Assembly (NCBI GenBank): GCA_964247135.1
Contig: CAXTTL010000079.1
Coordinates: 1 to 18,738 of the forward strand
From: an uncultured Deinococcales bacterium
GTDB taxonomy: Bacteria; Deinococcota; Deinococci; Deinococcales; JAAFIG01
Reading direction: 5' to 3'
DNA: 18,738 nt
The stretch's first letter is position 1, and each line of letters starts with the position of its first letter. Positions 8,438 to 17,513 of this stretch are shown one piece after another. A program made the translations under genes and the position numbers. Below the pieces are notes generated by a model, which was given only the letters and a program-made list of their open reading frames with translations, had not been told where the DNA came from and searched no databases.

Positions 8438-11398
8438 GTGTTGTTTCGATTTTTAGACAACCCCCATGTCCAAGTGGACAACCGCCGCGAAATGCTGCCG
8501 AGCACCAAACCGGTGGCGCTGTTGGTGTACCTGGCGTGTCAACAGACTTGGGTCACCCGAGACACTTTAAGCGCCCTGTTTGCCGAGGACAACACCGATG
8601 CGGACGCTTTGCGCCAACTTCGGGTGATCTTGTCTCGAGCCAGAAAATTTGGCTGGGCGGGGGCGTTGGAACTCGAGGACAACCGTTTGCGGTTTATGGT
8701 CAAAACCGATCTGCAATTGTTGCGCCAAGCCATCGGGCAATCCGATTGGCAAGCGGCGACGGAATTGTACAAGTCCGAATTTCTGAGCGGTTTTGAAATT
8801 CAAGCCGCCGGTTTTGAAGCTTGGCTCGAGGTCGAACGCGAAACCTTGCGGCAAGCTTGGCTTGAGGCGGCGCTGTTGTACGCCAGAAGCTTGGCAGCAC
8901 AACATGACCACCTTGCCGCCAGCAAACTGTTGCAGAACATCCTGGCACTGGATGCCCTTTCCGAGGATGTGCTGGCGTTGTACCTCGAGCAACAATACTT
9001 GGCTGGAGGTCGCAGCGAAGCCCTCAAAACCTTCGAGCGTTTCCGCGAACAACTGCGTTCCGAACTGGGCTTAGACCCACTCGAGAGTACCCTGAAGTTG
9101 GTGCAAACCATTCGTCAAGCTGCCCCGCTCGAGAGCACTTCGGTTGTCAGCGTCGGCAAGTCGAGTGTGCCGCTCACCGTCTTGCGTCCACCGCAGTTGA
9201 TCGGACGAGACTTGGAGTGTGCCACGCTCGAGACTGCCAGCCAAAGGGTAATGTTGGTGTCTGGCGAACCAGGTTCTGGCAAAACGCGGCTGCTCGAGGA
9301 AGTTTTGGGGCGCACACGTTGGTTGGCGTGCTTTGAAGGTCTGGAAAACGTGGCGTATCAGCCGCTTATTGCGTTTTTAAGATCGCAACTCTCCACGCTG
9401 CCCGATTTGGGGGTGTACGCCCAAGACCTGGCGCGTCTGATTCCAGAGGTGCTGCCCAACGCCAACCCGCACACCGATGACCCAATCAGTGCCAAAGCAA
9501 GGCTGCTCGAGGCGCTGGCAAGATGCTTTGAAGCCCAAGCCAAGCCGATTGTGATCGACGATTTGCAATGGGCTGACCCGTCCAGCCTTGAGCTTTTAAG
9601 TTTTCTGGCGTTGCGCGGTGCGGTGAAGATTTTTGGCACGTACCGCAGCAGTGAAATCAGCCCAGCGCTGGGCAAAACCGTTGCGGCTTGGCGCTCGAAT
9701 GGCGTGTTGCTCGAGGTCAAACTCGAGCCGCTGACACTGGAGGGCGTCAACAGTTTGCTGGCGAGCCTGAGCGGTCTTGAGGCTGGCGCAGAGCGCTTTT
9801 CGGCGTGGCTCTCCAAACAATCGGGCGGCAACCCATTCTTTGCCCTCGAGACGCTGAGAGCCTTGTTTGAAACTGGGATGCTGCAAGAAAACGCTGGGCA
9901 GTGGACAAGCCAACTCGACGACCTCAGCCTCGATTACAGCGAACTGCGCGTGCCGAGCAAAGTGGCTGCCGTGATCGAGCAACGCATCTCGAGGTTGTCC
10001 GAACCCGCCAAGCGGGCGCTTCAAGCCGCCTGCGTGATGCGCCAAGGCTTCACGCCCAAAACGCTGGCGGGCATTGTTGGGCTTTCGGAATTTGCGGTTT
10101 TGGATGCGCTCGAGGAAGCCCAAAACTCGAGTTTGATTGCAGGGGATCATTTTGTGCACGATTTGATTCGGCAGGGGATGTACCAGAATTTGCCCGAGAC
10201 ACGGCGCAAGGTTTTGCATGGCAATGTTGCAGCCATGCTCGAGAATGTTGCAGAGCCGATGGTGGTGGCAGAACACTGGTTTGAGGCTGGAGAAACACAA
10301 GCGGCAGTCATCCGCTGGTGTTCGTTGGCAAAAATCCAGAGCGAACTTGGCATGGATGACACCGCATTGCTGTTAAATGAACGCGCCTTGCAGTACAACC
10401 TTGATGATCGTCTGAGCGATTCGATTCGGATTGGTATTGCCATCAATCATGCAAGCCTTGGACATTCCGAGCACGCGCTTAAGCTTCTCGAGGGCATCGA
10501 AGATTCCTCGAACGACCCACAGCTTTGCTCGAGCGCACTGATCCAAATGGCGGCGATTCACAGCTTGGATGGGCGACTGAGCGAAGCCAAAAAAGTGCTT
10601 GAAAAAATTTCAGACTTGCTGCCCTTCAAGCTGCTCTCGAGCGAAAACCAGCAAGAATTTTTGCGTGAACAGCAGCGTCTGGCTACTCGGCAAGGACGTT
10701 TTCAAGAAGCCCTCGAGTTCGCTCAAAGACGTTTGGGTTGGTACGACCTCGAGAAACCCTCCGTTCATGTTGCTTCACTGCACAGTGACATCGGCGCAAT
10801 TCTGATCAATTTGAATCGTCGAGAAGAAAGCTTGGCTTCACTCCAAAAGGCTTTTGAAATGCAAAAAACCATTCGCTCGAGAGATGGTCAGGTTCAAGCC
10901 GCTGCCAACCTGTTGTATTTTTGGATTACGGTTGGTCAACCCGAATTGGGGCTGGAGATTGCCGAACAGGCGCTCAAACTTGATCCCAAGCATGTGCTTA
11001 CGCGCACCGAAGCCTTGCGAAACAATTTGGCGAATGCCTACGCACGGCTTGAACAAAACGAGAAAGCCATTGGGCATTACGCCATTGTGGCAGCAGATAG
11101 CAAAAATCCTGTCTGGCAAGCTGCGGCATGGGCGACCCTGGCTCGTCTGTATCATCGGGTTGGACGCAATGATGAGATTTCAGACGCGATTGATCGTGCA
11201 ATCCATTCGATTGCAGGTGTTGAATATGACCCTCCGCGTGTCTTGGTCTTGACCATTGCCCTCAATCACGGCAGCGATATACAACTGCAAAACGCGCAAG
11301 CCGCAATTGGACAAGTGAATCTCGAAGTGATTTCTCCTTTTTTGCGTGATCAACTCTTACAAGCACAAGTGAATCGTCAGGCTCGAACACCCACTTGA
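8438..11398 (+). CDS. SARP/AfsR-type transcriptional activator (winged HTH + BTAD + AAA ATPase + TPR-like repeats)
   Basis: N-terminal ALLVYLA...VTRDTLSALF...LRVILSRAR, BTAD-like FEAWLEVERE...ELGLDP, Walker A GEPGSGKT, Walker B IDDLQWAD, GGNPFF, FVHDLIR and a helical-repeat C-terminus. GGAGG precedes the GTG start. Confidence 0.9.
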   Translation: MLFRFLDNPHVQVDNRREMLPSTKPVALLVYLACQQTWVTRDTLSALFAEDNTDADALRQLRVILSRARKFGWAGALELEDNRLRFMVKTDLQLLRQAIGQSDWQAATELYKSEFLSGFEIQAAGFEAWLEVERETLRQAWLEAALLYARSLAAQHDHLAASKLLQNILALDALSEDVLALYLEQQYLAGGRSEALKTFERFREQLRSELGLDPLESTLKLVQTIRQAAPLESTSVVSVGKSSVPLTVLRPPQLIGRDLECATLETASQRVMLVSGEPGSGKTRLLEEVLGRTRWLACFEGLENVAYQPLIAFLRSQLSTLPDLGVYAQDLARLIPEVLPNANPHTDDPISAKARLLEALARCFEAQAKPIVIDDLQWADPSSLELLSFLALRGAVKIFGTYRSSEISPALGKTVAAWRSNGVLLEVKLEPLTLEGVNSLLASLSGLEAGAERFSAWLSKQSGGNPFFALETLRALFETGMLQENAGQWTSQLDDLSLDYSELRVPSKVAAVIEQRISRLSEPAKRALQAACVMRQGFTPKTLAGIVGLSEFAVLDALEEAQNSSLIAGDHFVHDLIRQGMYQNLPETRRKVLHGNVAAMLENVAEPMVVAEHWFEAGETQAAVIRWCSLAKIQSELGMDDTALLLNERALQYNLDDRLSDSIRIGIAINHASLGHSEHALKLLEGIEDSSNDPQLCSSALIQMAAIHSLDGRLSEAKKVLEKISDLLPFKLLSSENQQEFLREQQRLATRQGRFQEALEFAQRRLGWYDLEKPSVHVASLHSDIGAILINLNRREESLASLQKAFEMQKTIRSRDGQVQAAANLLYFWITVGQPELGLEIAEQALKLDPKHVLTRTEALRNNLANAYARLEQNEKAIGHYAIVAADSKNPVWQAAAWATLARLYHRVGRNDEISDAIDRAIHSIAGVEYDPPRVLVLTIALNHGSDIQLQNAQAAIGQVNLEVISPFLRDQLLQAQVNRQARTPT

Positions 11399-11428
11399 AA
11401 CGGTCTTGAAACGCCAAACATAAATACT
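11396..11428 (+). promoter_or_regulatory. Heptamer direct-repeat box 1 plus -10-like hexamer (putative SARP-activated promoter)
   Basis: TGAAACG (11396-11402), GTCT, TGAAACG (11407-11413), 9 nt, AATACT (11423-11428), 6 nt, ATG 11435. Confidence 0.7.
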
Positions 11429-11434
11429 GGTCTC

Positions 11435-11626
11435 ATGCCAGAATCTCGAACTTTAAGAACCAAAAAAATCTGGCGCTCGAGTTTTGTGCTGCGGGTTGGT
11501 GGCGAAACTTTAAAGCCAAAAATTGAATTGTTTGACCTGCGCACAGGGCAAAAACTCGAGTTTGAATCGTTTGAAGTCTTAAGCCATCACCTCGAGCAGC
11601 GTCAAAAAAAACGTGGTTTGCACTGA
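11435..11626 (+). CDS. Small hypothetical protein (63 aa), probably leaderless
   Basis: Has its own promoter-like box and a downstream terminator. Beta-beta-beta-alpha-like pattern SFVLRV...IELFDLRTGQKLEFESFEVLSHHLE; host-type CTCGAG usage. Confidence 0.75.
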   Translation: MPESRTLRTKKIWRSSFVLRVGGETLKPKIELFDLRTGQKLEFESFEVLSHHLEQRQKKRGLH

Positions 11627-11650
11627 ACGGCAAACCACAATTCATCTGAT

Positions 11651-11680
11651 CGCAACCACAACAAACGTGGTTGCGTTTTT
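11651..11680 (+). terminator. Intrinsic terminator after the small gene
   Basis: CGCAACCAC-7 nt loop-GTGGTTGCG followed by TTTTT. Confidence 0.75.
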
Positions 11681-11728
11681 GTCGCCCAAATTTTGATTGA
11701 GAAAGCGTCTCAGGGCAATTCTTGCTAC

Positions 11729-11761
11729 TGAAACGCTCGTGAAACGCCACTTTTCTAAGCT
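11729..11761 (+). promoter_or_regulatory. Heptamer direct-repeat box 2 plus -10 (putative SARP-activated promoter of the lipoprotein)
   Basis: TGAAACG (11729-11735), CTCG, TGAAACG (11740-11746), 9 nt, TAAGCT (11756-11761). Confidence 0.72.
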
Positions 11762-11876
11762 TCTGGCATCAAAGCCAAAACGCAACTCGAGCGTGGCTTA
11801 CGGAGGTGCAATTGAAATCTATTGCGTTTGTTCTTCGCCAAGCCGTTAAACCCTCAAGTGATTCAAGGAGATCATC

Positions 11877-13691
11877 ATGAAATATGACTGGAAGATTCTC
11901 AGCCCCGTCGTTCTGGCATTCATCTTCAGCGCCTGCCCAGAAACCACCCCCACCCCGCAGGGTGTGGCAAAAGTGACGCTCGAGACGCCATCGGTCTTGT
12001 TGCCAAATTTAAACGCCAGCCAGCAACTTGTGGCAAAAGCCTTTGACGCGCAAGGCAATCAGGTGGCAGCCAAGATCAGTTGGCAATCCAGCAAGCCTGG
12101 CAATGTCAGCGTGGACGCAAACGGTCTGGCAACTGGCGTGGCAATCGGCTCGAGTCAACTGAGTGCCTCTGTGGGCGATGTCAAATCCGCACCGATTCTG
12201 GCAGCCGTCGCCGAACTGAACCCCGACATGACCAACATTCCCGCCAGCGATGTCGAATCGGACCCCGTGTTCGAGGCACCTGCCGCCACCTCGAGCAAAC
12301 TGACCTCTCGAGCCGTGAGCGTCGGCAGCCGGTACTCGGTGATTGTCAAACGCAGCGCCTTACCAAACCTGGGCAAAAAATGGTATTCCGAGGGCAGGAA
12401 CGGGCAACGTTTGATCGGCAAGGTCGTCGCCGCCGAAGCCCTCGGGTCTGACCGTTACAAGATCACGCTCGAGGTGGTGCCGTACCAAGAGGTCTTTAAG
12501 CAATTGCACATCGATGAGGACCTCGATTTTTCGCAAAGCCAAACCACCACGCCGCCAGCCGTGAATTACGAACCCACCAGCGCAGGCGTCGTTCGACCGC
12601 AAGCTTTTGTCAACGTTGGCAACGGTCTGGAGTGTGAACTGTCCGGCATCAGCGGCACACCACCGATCAGTTTGAGTGTTCCACAAATGAGCATTGGGTA
12701 CAACAACGACGAAAGCAGAAGCGGTGTGTTCGTCAACATTGGTTTTGGTCAAGCCAACACCATCAAAATACGACTTGCAGGCAAGTTGACCGCAACAATG
12801 GCACTCAGCGGCAAGATCAACCGAAACTTTAACGGCACGGTCGATTGTCGGGTCAGCACACCCATTGCGGTGGCGGTTGCCGTGCCACTGCCACTCCTGA
12901 CCAGCCTCGGCGAAGAACGCGGTTTGGGCATCGCCTTCTCGGGTAATTTCAGTGGACCCACCACCAATTTCAGCGTCGAGGGAAGCAGTTCAATCTCGTA
13001 CTCGATAGGCGCACAGTTGGATTTGGATGCGGGCACCATCACTCCGTTTAACACCGTCACACCGACCAACAACGTCGCCGTGCGTTACACCAACACTGGG
13101 CAGCCAATCTCGAGAATTGCCCTCTCTGCCAGCCCTTATGTGTTTGAAAACTGGGTGCTGCGGGCTGGACCGTTGGCGTTTGATCTTTGGAAAAACCAGA
13201 ACGGTTTGCGGTTCAAAGCCGACCTTGCCACGTTAAGCGATCAACTCGGCGACCCAAATTACGCCTCGAGTTATGCCCTCGAGCGGTTCAACAAACAAGG
13301 TCCTGGCGCAGAATTCCGTGATTTTATGAATTTTTTCAACGCGGGCGCACTGCTGCCAGCCTCGAAAAGCTCGACCGAAGCCATCGCCCAGGATTTCACG
13401 CTCGAGTCTTTTGCTTGCGGTGTCAGTAATTTTGGGCTTTGCGTCACCCGATTTACCGACAAGAGCTTTCCGTTCATTGGGGCGAACAACATTGACAGGC
13501 TTGAGGTTTACCGCAAACGCGGCAATATCAGCAGCTTGCTTGCCACAGACACTGGCGTCAATGTGACCAACATCGTCACCACGTTTGCGAGCGATCAAGT
13601 TCAGGCGGGCGATCAGTGCCAGTTGGTGGTGTACACCAAGCTCATGCCTGGCATTCCGCTCGAGGCTGCCAACGATTCAAGCTGCATGTAA
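11877..13691 (+). CDS. Lipoprotein with an N-terminal bacterial Ig-like (Big_2-type) domain and an uncharacterised beta-rich body
   Basis: Signal peptide with lipobox FSA-C20, QLVAKAFDAQG...ISWQSSKPGNVSVDANGLATGVAIG Ig-like motif, AAGGAG RBS. Confidence 0.85.
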   Translation: MKYDWKILSPVVLAFIFSACPETTPTPQGVAKVTLETPSVLLPNLNASQQLVAKAFDAQGNQVAAKISWQSSKPGNVSVDANGLATGVAIGSSQLSASVGDVKSAPILAAVAELNPDMTNIPASDVESDPVFEAPAATSSKLTSRAVSVGSRYSVIVKRSALPNLGKKWYSEGRNGQRLIGKVVAAEALGSDRYKITLEVVPYQEVFKQLHIDEDLDFSQSQTTTPPAVNYEPTSAGVVRPQAFVNVGNGLECELSGISGTPPISLSVPQMSIGYNNDESRSGVFVNIGFGQANTIKIRLAGKLTATMALSGKINRNFNGTVDCRVSTPIAVAVAVPLPLLTSLGEERGLGIAFSGNFSGPTTNFSVEGSSSISYSIGAQLDLDAGTITPFNTVTPTNNVAVRYTNTGQPISRIALSASPYVFENWVLRAGPLAFDLWKNQNGLRFKADLATLSDQLGDPNYASSYALERFNKQGPGAEFRDFMNFFNAGALLPASKSSTEAIAQDFTLESFACGVSNFGLCVTRFTDKSFPFIGANNIDRLEVYRKRGNISSLLATDTGVNVTNIVTTFASDQVQAGDQCQLVVYTKLMPGIPLEAANDSSCM

Positions 13692-13705
13692 CATCGAACC
13701 TTCAG

Positions 13706-13736
13706 GAAAAGTCCCGCCAAACGGTGGGGCTTTTTC
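13706..13736. terminator. Bidirectional intrinsic terminator between convergent genes
   Basis: GAAAA-GTCCCGCC-AAAC-GGTGGGGC-TTTTTC. Confidence 0.75.
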
Positions 13737-13756
13737 TTGCCGCCAACTCGAGGTCA

Positions 13757-15172
13757 TCAATCTTCAAAATTCAACCTCGAGTCGCGTAAATGTTTTGGGT
13801 AATGGTTTTTGATGGTGCTTCCAACGCGTTTGCCCCAAGCCAAACCCAGCCCGAGCACCCGCACCAAGACCCAACCCGCAGCGCCCTCGGAAGCAATGGT
13901 CTCCCCCCGCAAAAACGTTTGCACCTGTTCGTCACCAAGCTCGAGGTCAAGCACAGGGATTTGAGTCAAACCGCGAGCGAACCAATGACTGAGCGCATGG
14001 TGCGGCTCGAGCCTGCCCGCTTTGACCTCCGCCATCGGCACACCCGCCCGAACGACCTTTAACGTCTCGAGTGACGGGGTTTCATCCGCAATCAATTGCA
14101 CCTCGCCGCGAAATACGGCAAAATTTTGATCAGGCACGGCAAAATGTTCCTGAAACTCAAGCCAAGATTTTCGTTCGAGCTTGGCTTTGAACGGTTGCGC
14201 AAAGGCTTCAAACTCGAGTTCGGTGCTGGTGTCATCAGCCGATGTTTTGCGCAGTTTGGCAATAAAATGCCCTTCGCCGCGCAGTTTGTGCGCCCACAGC
14301 CTGGCAGTAAATCCATCGTGGTCACACCCGCGATCAAATCCCCAATTCGCGGGGGATGGTGTAGGGGATGGTCTGAGACCATCCCCTACGGCAATATTTG
14401 CAACATCAAAAATGTTGACCAACTCAAATTCTGGGTGTGCCTCGAGAAACCGCTCAATGACGTCTTCGTTCTCTTCCCTCGAGAACGTGCAAGTGCTGTA
14501 AACCATCGTCCCGCCCGGTTTTAGGAGTCGGGCGGCACTTTTGAGAATCTCGAGTTGACGGTGCGAGCACGCGAGTACGCTCGCCTCTGACCACTCGAGC
14601 GCCGCGTCAGGGTTTTTCCGAAACATCCCCTCGCCGCTGCACGGGGCGTCCACCAGAATGCGGTCAAAATACGTTCCCCAAGCGGCTGCCAGTCGCGCTG
14701 GGTCTTCGTTCATGACCACCGCAGGCAAGCCCAACCGCTCGAGGTTTTCAGCCAAAATCCTGGCTCGAGATGGCACGATTTCGTTGCTGATCAGCAAGCC
14801 TTGTCCGTGCATTAAACTTGCCAGGTGGGTGCTTTTGCCGCCCGGTGCGGCGCACAGGTCAAGCACATGTTCCCCAGGCAAAGGCTCGAGAATTTCGGCG
14901 ACCGCCATCGCGCTGGCTTCTTGCACATAATACGCGCCGAGCGCATGAAGTGCGTGCGCTCCCGCCCTGGCTTCAAACGGCACGTAAAAACCCGTGTCGC
15001 ACCACGGGACAGGCTCGAGGGTTGGGAAGTGCCGCATCAGTTCCGCAGGCTCGAGTTTTGCTGGGTTGAGGCGCAAACTGTTGACCCGAGGTTGTTGAAA
15101 CGCGCCTTCAAACGCGGGGTATTCATCACCCAAAAAGGCTTGCATTTTTGCTTGGAACGTTTTTGGCAGCAC
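13757..15172 (-). CDS. rsmF: RsmF/NOL1/NOP2/Sun family rRNA m5C methyltransferase
   Basis: YYVQEASAM, DLCAAPGGK, DAPCSGEG, YSTCT and a C-terminal IKNHYPK domain. TAAAAT lies 5 nt before the GTG start. Confidence 0.9.
   Translation of the reverse strand: MLPKTFQAKMQAFLGDEYPAFEGAFQQPRVNSLRLNPAKLEPAELMRHFPTLEPVPWCDTGFYVPFEARAGAHALHALGAYYVQEASAMAVAEILEPLPGEHVLDLCAAPGGKSTHLASLMHGQGLLISNEIVPSRARILAENLERLGLPAVVMNEDPARLAAAWGTYFDRILVDAPCSGEGMFRKNPDAALEWSEASVLACSHRQLEILKSAARLLKPGGTMVYSTCTFSREENEDVIERFLEAHPEFELVNIFDVANIAVGDGLRPSPTPSPANWGFDRGCDHDGFTARLWAHKLRGEGHFIAKLRKTSADDTSTELEFEAFAQPFKAKLERKSWLEFQEHFAVPDQNFAVFRGEVQLIADETPSLETLKVVRAGVPMAEVKAGRLEPHHALSHWFARGLTQIPVLDLELGDEQVQTFLRGETIASEGAAGWVLVRVLGLGLAWGKRVGSTIKNHYPKHLRDSRLNFED
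14361..14389. repeat. GTAG-type REP-like palindrome inside rsmF
   Basis: GTAGGGGATGGTCT-G-AGACCATCCCCTAC, with perfect 14-bp arms. Confidence 0.8.
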
Positions 15173-15215
15173 AAGTCATTTTACGTCACGCCCGATCTTG
15201 GGTAGACTCTGCGCC

Positions 15216-16517
15216 ATGCAACCCTCGAAATCCGTTCAAAAACCCGTCTCGAAATCCCGCGAAGTTGGCGGTTTTGTGCTCGGCACACTCGCGTCCATGC
15301 TTGGTGCGTTGGCGCTTGGTTATGTTGGCTTGTGGCTTTTTGCCCCCAAAGATGCCAGCCCGTCTGATATCACTTTTCTTGCTGCCAAGCTCGAGGTTGC
15401 CAGCGCCGCCCAAACCGCAATCGCCAGCAAACTCGAGACAATCAAGACCTTCAGGCTCGAGCCAAAACAATTTTTTGAACCGCGCGGTTGGAGCAATTCT
15501 GAGGCGAACCGTTTGCTCGACGAGCACAAAACCGAACTCGCCAACTTTGAGGCATTTTCCAAACTCGAGCATGTCGTCAGTCTTTCGCGCGATCCAAAAT
15601 TGACCACCTTTGAATTGTTCAACTCGAGTTTGGTGAATCCGAGTTTACTCAATATTGCCAAACTCGCCGACCTGATGCTGGTGCGTGCCGAACTGAAGGG
15701 ACGCTCGAGTGACCCAAAAGGCTTTTTGGATGACCTGTTGATTGTGGCTCGGGTGGCAAAACAGGTGCGTGACGCTGGCGGCACCACCCTCGAGTATTTG
15801 GTGGGTTCAAAAATGTTGCGCTCCACCCTCGAGCGTCTGCGGGCTGGAGTGCTCAGTCTGGACATGAAACCCGCCGAGTGGAAATCGCGCCTCGATGCGC
15901 TGGCGGCACTTGCGCCCAGCGCCGAGGAGCTTCAGAGCACCATGAAAACCGAGTTTAGAATGCAGCAACTTGCGGTTGAAGAGGCACGTATCAATCCAAA
16001 AAATGCCCTGCAAGCTTTGGGTGGGCTAGAGAGCAAAAGCTCGAGCTTGACCGAGCAAATTTCGTTTTTGCTGCCAAGGCGTTACAATTTGCAAGCCAAC
16101 ACCACACTCACTTGGCTTCGTGATTACTCGAGCAGCATCGTCAGTGGCAGCGCAAATTGTCCACCAAACCAATCTGCCGTGCTGGCGGTGGTCAAAAACG
16201 TTCAAAGTCAAACCGCCAATATTTTTGCGCCAAACGCCGTTGGGCGCTCGTTGTTTGCGGTGGTCGTGCCAAACGTTGCGGTCATCATGGATTCGCGTTG
16301 CAAACTCGCCAGCGATTTTGCCGCAACCGTGACCGTGGCAGCCTTGCGCGGGTATCAACTCGAGACCAAAGACCTGCCCACAAAACTCGAGTCTTTGACC
16401 GAAGAATATTTAAGCCAACTGCCAACCGACCCGTACTCAGGCAAGCCCCTCGAGTTGAACCTGCAACGTCGGGTCTTGCAATCCAAATCGGGTGCGACCT
16501 TCAAACTCGGATTTTAG
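15216..16517 (+). CDS. Membrane-anchored hypothetical protein
   Basis: N-terminal hydrophobic helix (GGFVLGTLASMLGALALGYVGLWLF) and a helical body. TAGACT lies 7 nt before ATG 15216. Confidence 0.8.
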   Translation: MQPSKSVQKPVSKSREVGGFVLGTLASMLGALALGYVGLWLFAPKDASPSDITFLAAKLEVASAAQTAIASKLETIKTFRLEPKQFFEPRGWSNSEANRLLDEHKTELANFEAFSKLEHVVSLSRDPKLTTFELFNSSLVNPSLLNIAKLADLMLVRAELKGRSSDPKGFLDDLLIVARVAKQVRDAGGTTLEYLVGSKMLRSTLERLRAGVLSLDMKPAEWKSRLDALAALAPSAEELQSTMKTEFRMQQLAVEEARINPKNALQALGGLESKSSSLTEQISFLLPRRYNLQANTTLTWLRDYSSSIVSGSANCPPNQSAVLAVVKNVQSQTANIFAPNAVGRSLFAVVVPNVAVIMDSRCKLASDFAATVTVAALRGYQLETKDLPTKLESLTEEYLSQLPTDPYSGKPLELNLQRRVLQSKSGATFKLGF

Positions 16518-16526
16518 AATGACTTT

Positions 16527-16904
16527 ATGATTATTGCCATCGGCACAGACATTGTTGCGCTCGAGCGGATTCGGAAAATCATAGAATCTGACGCTCGAGA
16601 TCGTTTTCTCGAGCGAACCTTTACAGCGCCAGAACTCGAGTACGCGTTTTCCAAGGCTGATCCCGTGCCGAGTTTGGCGGTACGGTTTGCCGCCAAGGAA
16701 GCCTTTCAAAAATGCTGGCTCGAGACTCATGCTTGGACAGATGTCTGGGTGGAATTTGTGGGCGTCAAACCGCAATTGCGGTTCGCCCCAGTGTTGCAAA
16801 GTGTCATGCTCGAGCGGGGCTGGGTGACGCACCTCAGTTTGTCGCACGAACGCGAACATGCCACGGCGATGGTGGTGCTCGAGGAAGTCACCAAAGCACT
16901 TTGA
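16527..16904 (+). CDS. acpS: Holo-ACP synthase (4'-phosphopantetheinyl transferase)
   Basis: IGTDIV, RFAAKEA and HLSLSHE motifs. TAGAAT lies 6 nt before the ATG. Confidence 0.93.
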   Translation: MIIAIGTDIVALERIRKIIESDARDRFLERTFTAPELEYAFSKADPVPSLAVRFAAKEAFQKCWLETHAWTDVWVEFVGVKPQLRFAPVLQSVMLERGWVTHLSLSHEREHATAMVVLEEVTKAL

Positions 16905-17280
16905 CGCCAACGGCATCCTCAAATGCCGTGTCCGCACTGATAAACGTTAAACCCTCGAGTTTGGCTTGGGCGAACAAGCCTCGGTCAAACGGGTCGCCGT
17001 GAGGGAGTTGCACGCTTGCAGCTTCAATCGCATGTTCTCGGGTGAAGGGCAAATCAAAAGCATTGAAACGCCTCAAGCTGCCCTCAAAATCTGCCACCAA
17101 GTCATCTGCTTCGGGTAATTTGCCCAGCCGATGTTTCATGTGAATTTCCCAAACGCTGATGCTGGACACGTAAAGCAAAGAATTTGGATTCTCGAGAATT
17201 TTAATCGCTTTGCTCGAGAGTTTTTTCTTGATTCGCACCGCCCAAATCAATGTGTGGGTGTCGAGCAAGTAACCACTCAT
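16888..17280 (-). CDS. vapC: VapC-family PIN-domain toxin
   Basis: YLLDTH, VSSISVWE, HGDPFDR and ISAD motifs. ATG 17280 overlaps the antitoxin stop (ATGA); an alternative start is 17289. Confidence 0.9.
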   Translation of the reverse strand: MSGYLLDTHTLIWAVRIKKKLSSKAIKILENPNSLLYVSSISVWEIHMKHRLGKLPEADDLVADFEGSLRRFNAFDLPFTREHAIEAASVQLPHGDPFDRGLFAQAKLEGLTFISADTAFEDAVGVKVLW

Positions 17281-17513
17281 TTGAACCATTCGATATCAAG
17301 TTGTTCCATGCAGCGCTGATCAAAGTCATCACCGACTGGCGCAAAATCCAAGAAACCCAGTTCACGTTTTTTGGGTTTGGCTTTGAGTGGCGAAAGTTCA
17401 ATCAATGGCTTGCCGCGCCTTGCCAGCACAATTTTTTCACCGTTTAAAGCACGGTCAATCAGTTGCGAGAGTTGGGTTTTGGCTTCGTAAACATTCACCG
17501 TGGTCGTTTTCAT
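17277..17513 (-). CDS. Phd/YefM-family antitoxin
   Basis: VNVYEAKTQLSQLIDRALNGEKIVLARRGKP is the Phd signature. It lies directly upstream of the PIN toxin. Confidence 0.9.
   Translation of the reverse strand: MKTTTVNVYEAKTQLSQLIDRALNGEKIVLARRGKPLIELSPLKAKPKKRELGFLDFAPVGDDFDQRCMEQLDIEWFK

Noticed and set aside
15096-17070. Additional single TGAAACG heptamers (near 15096 and 17064)
   Set aside because: They are unpaired, lie within coding sequence and lack the 11-bp repeat geometry.
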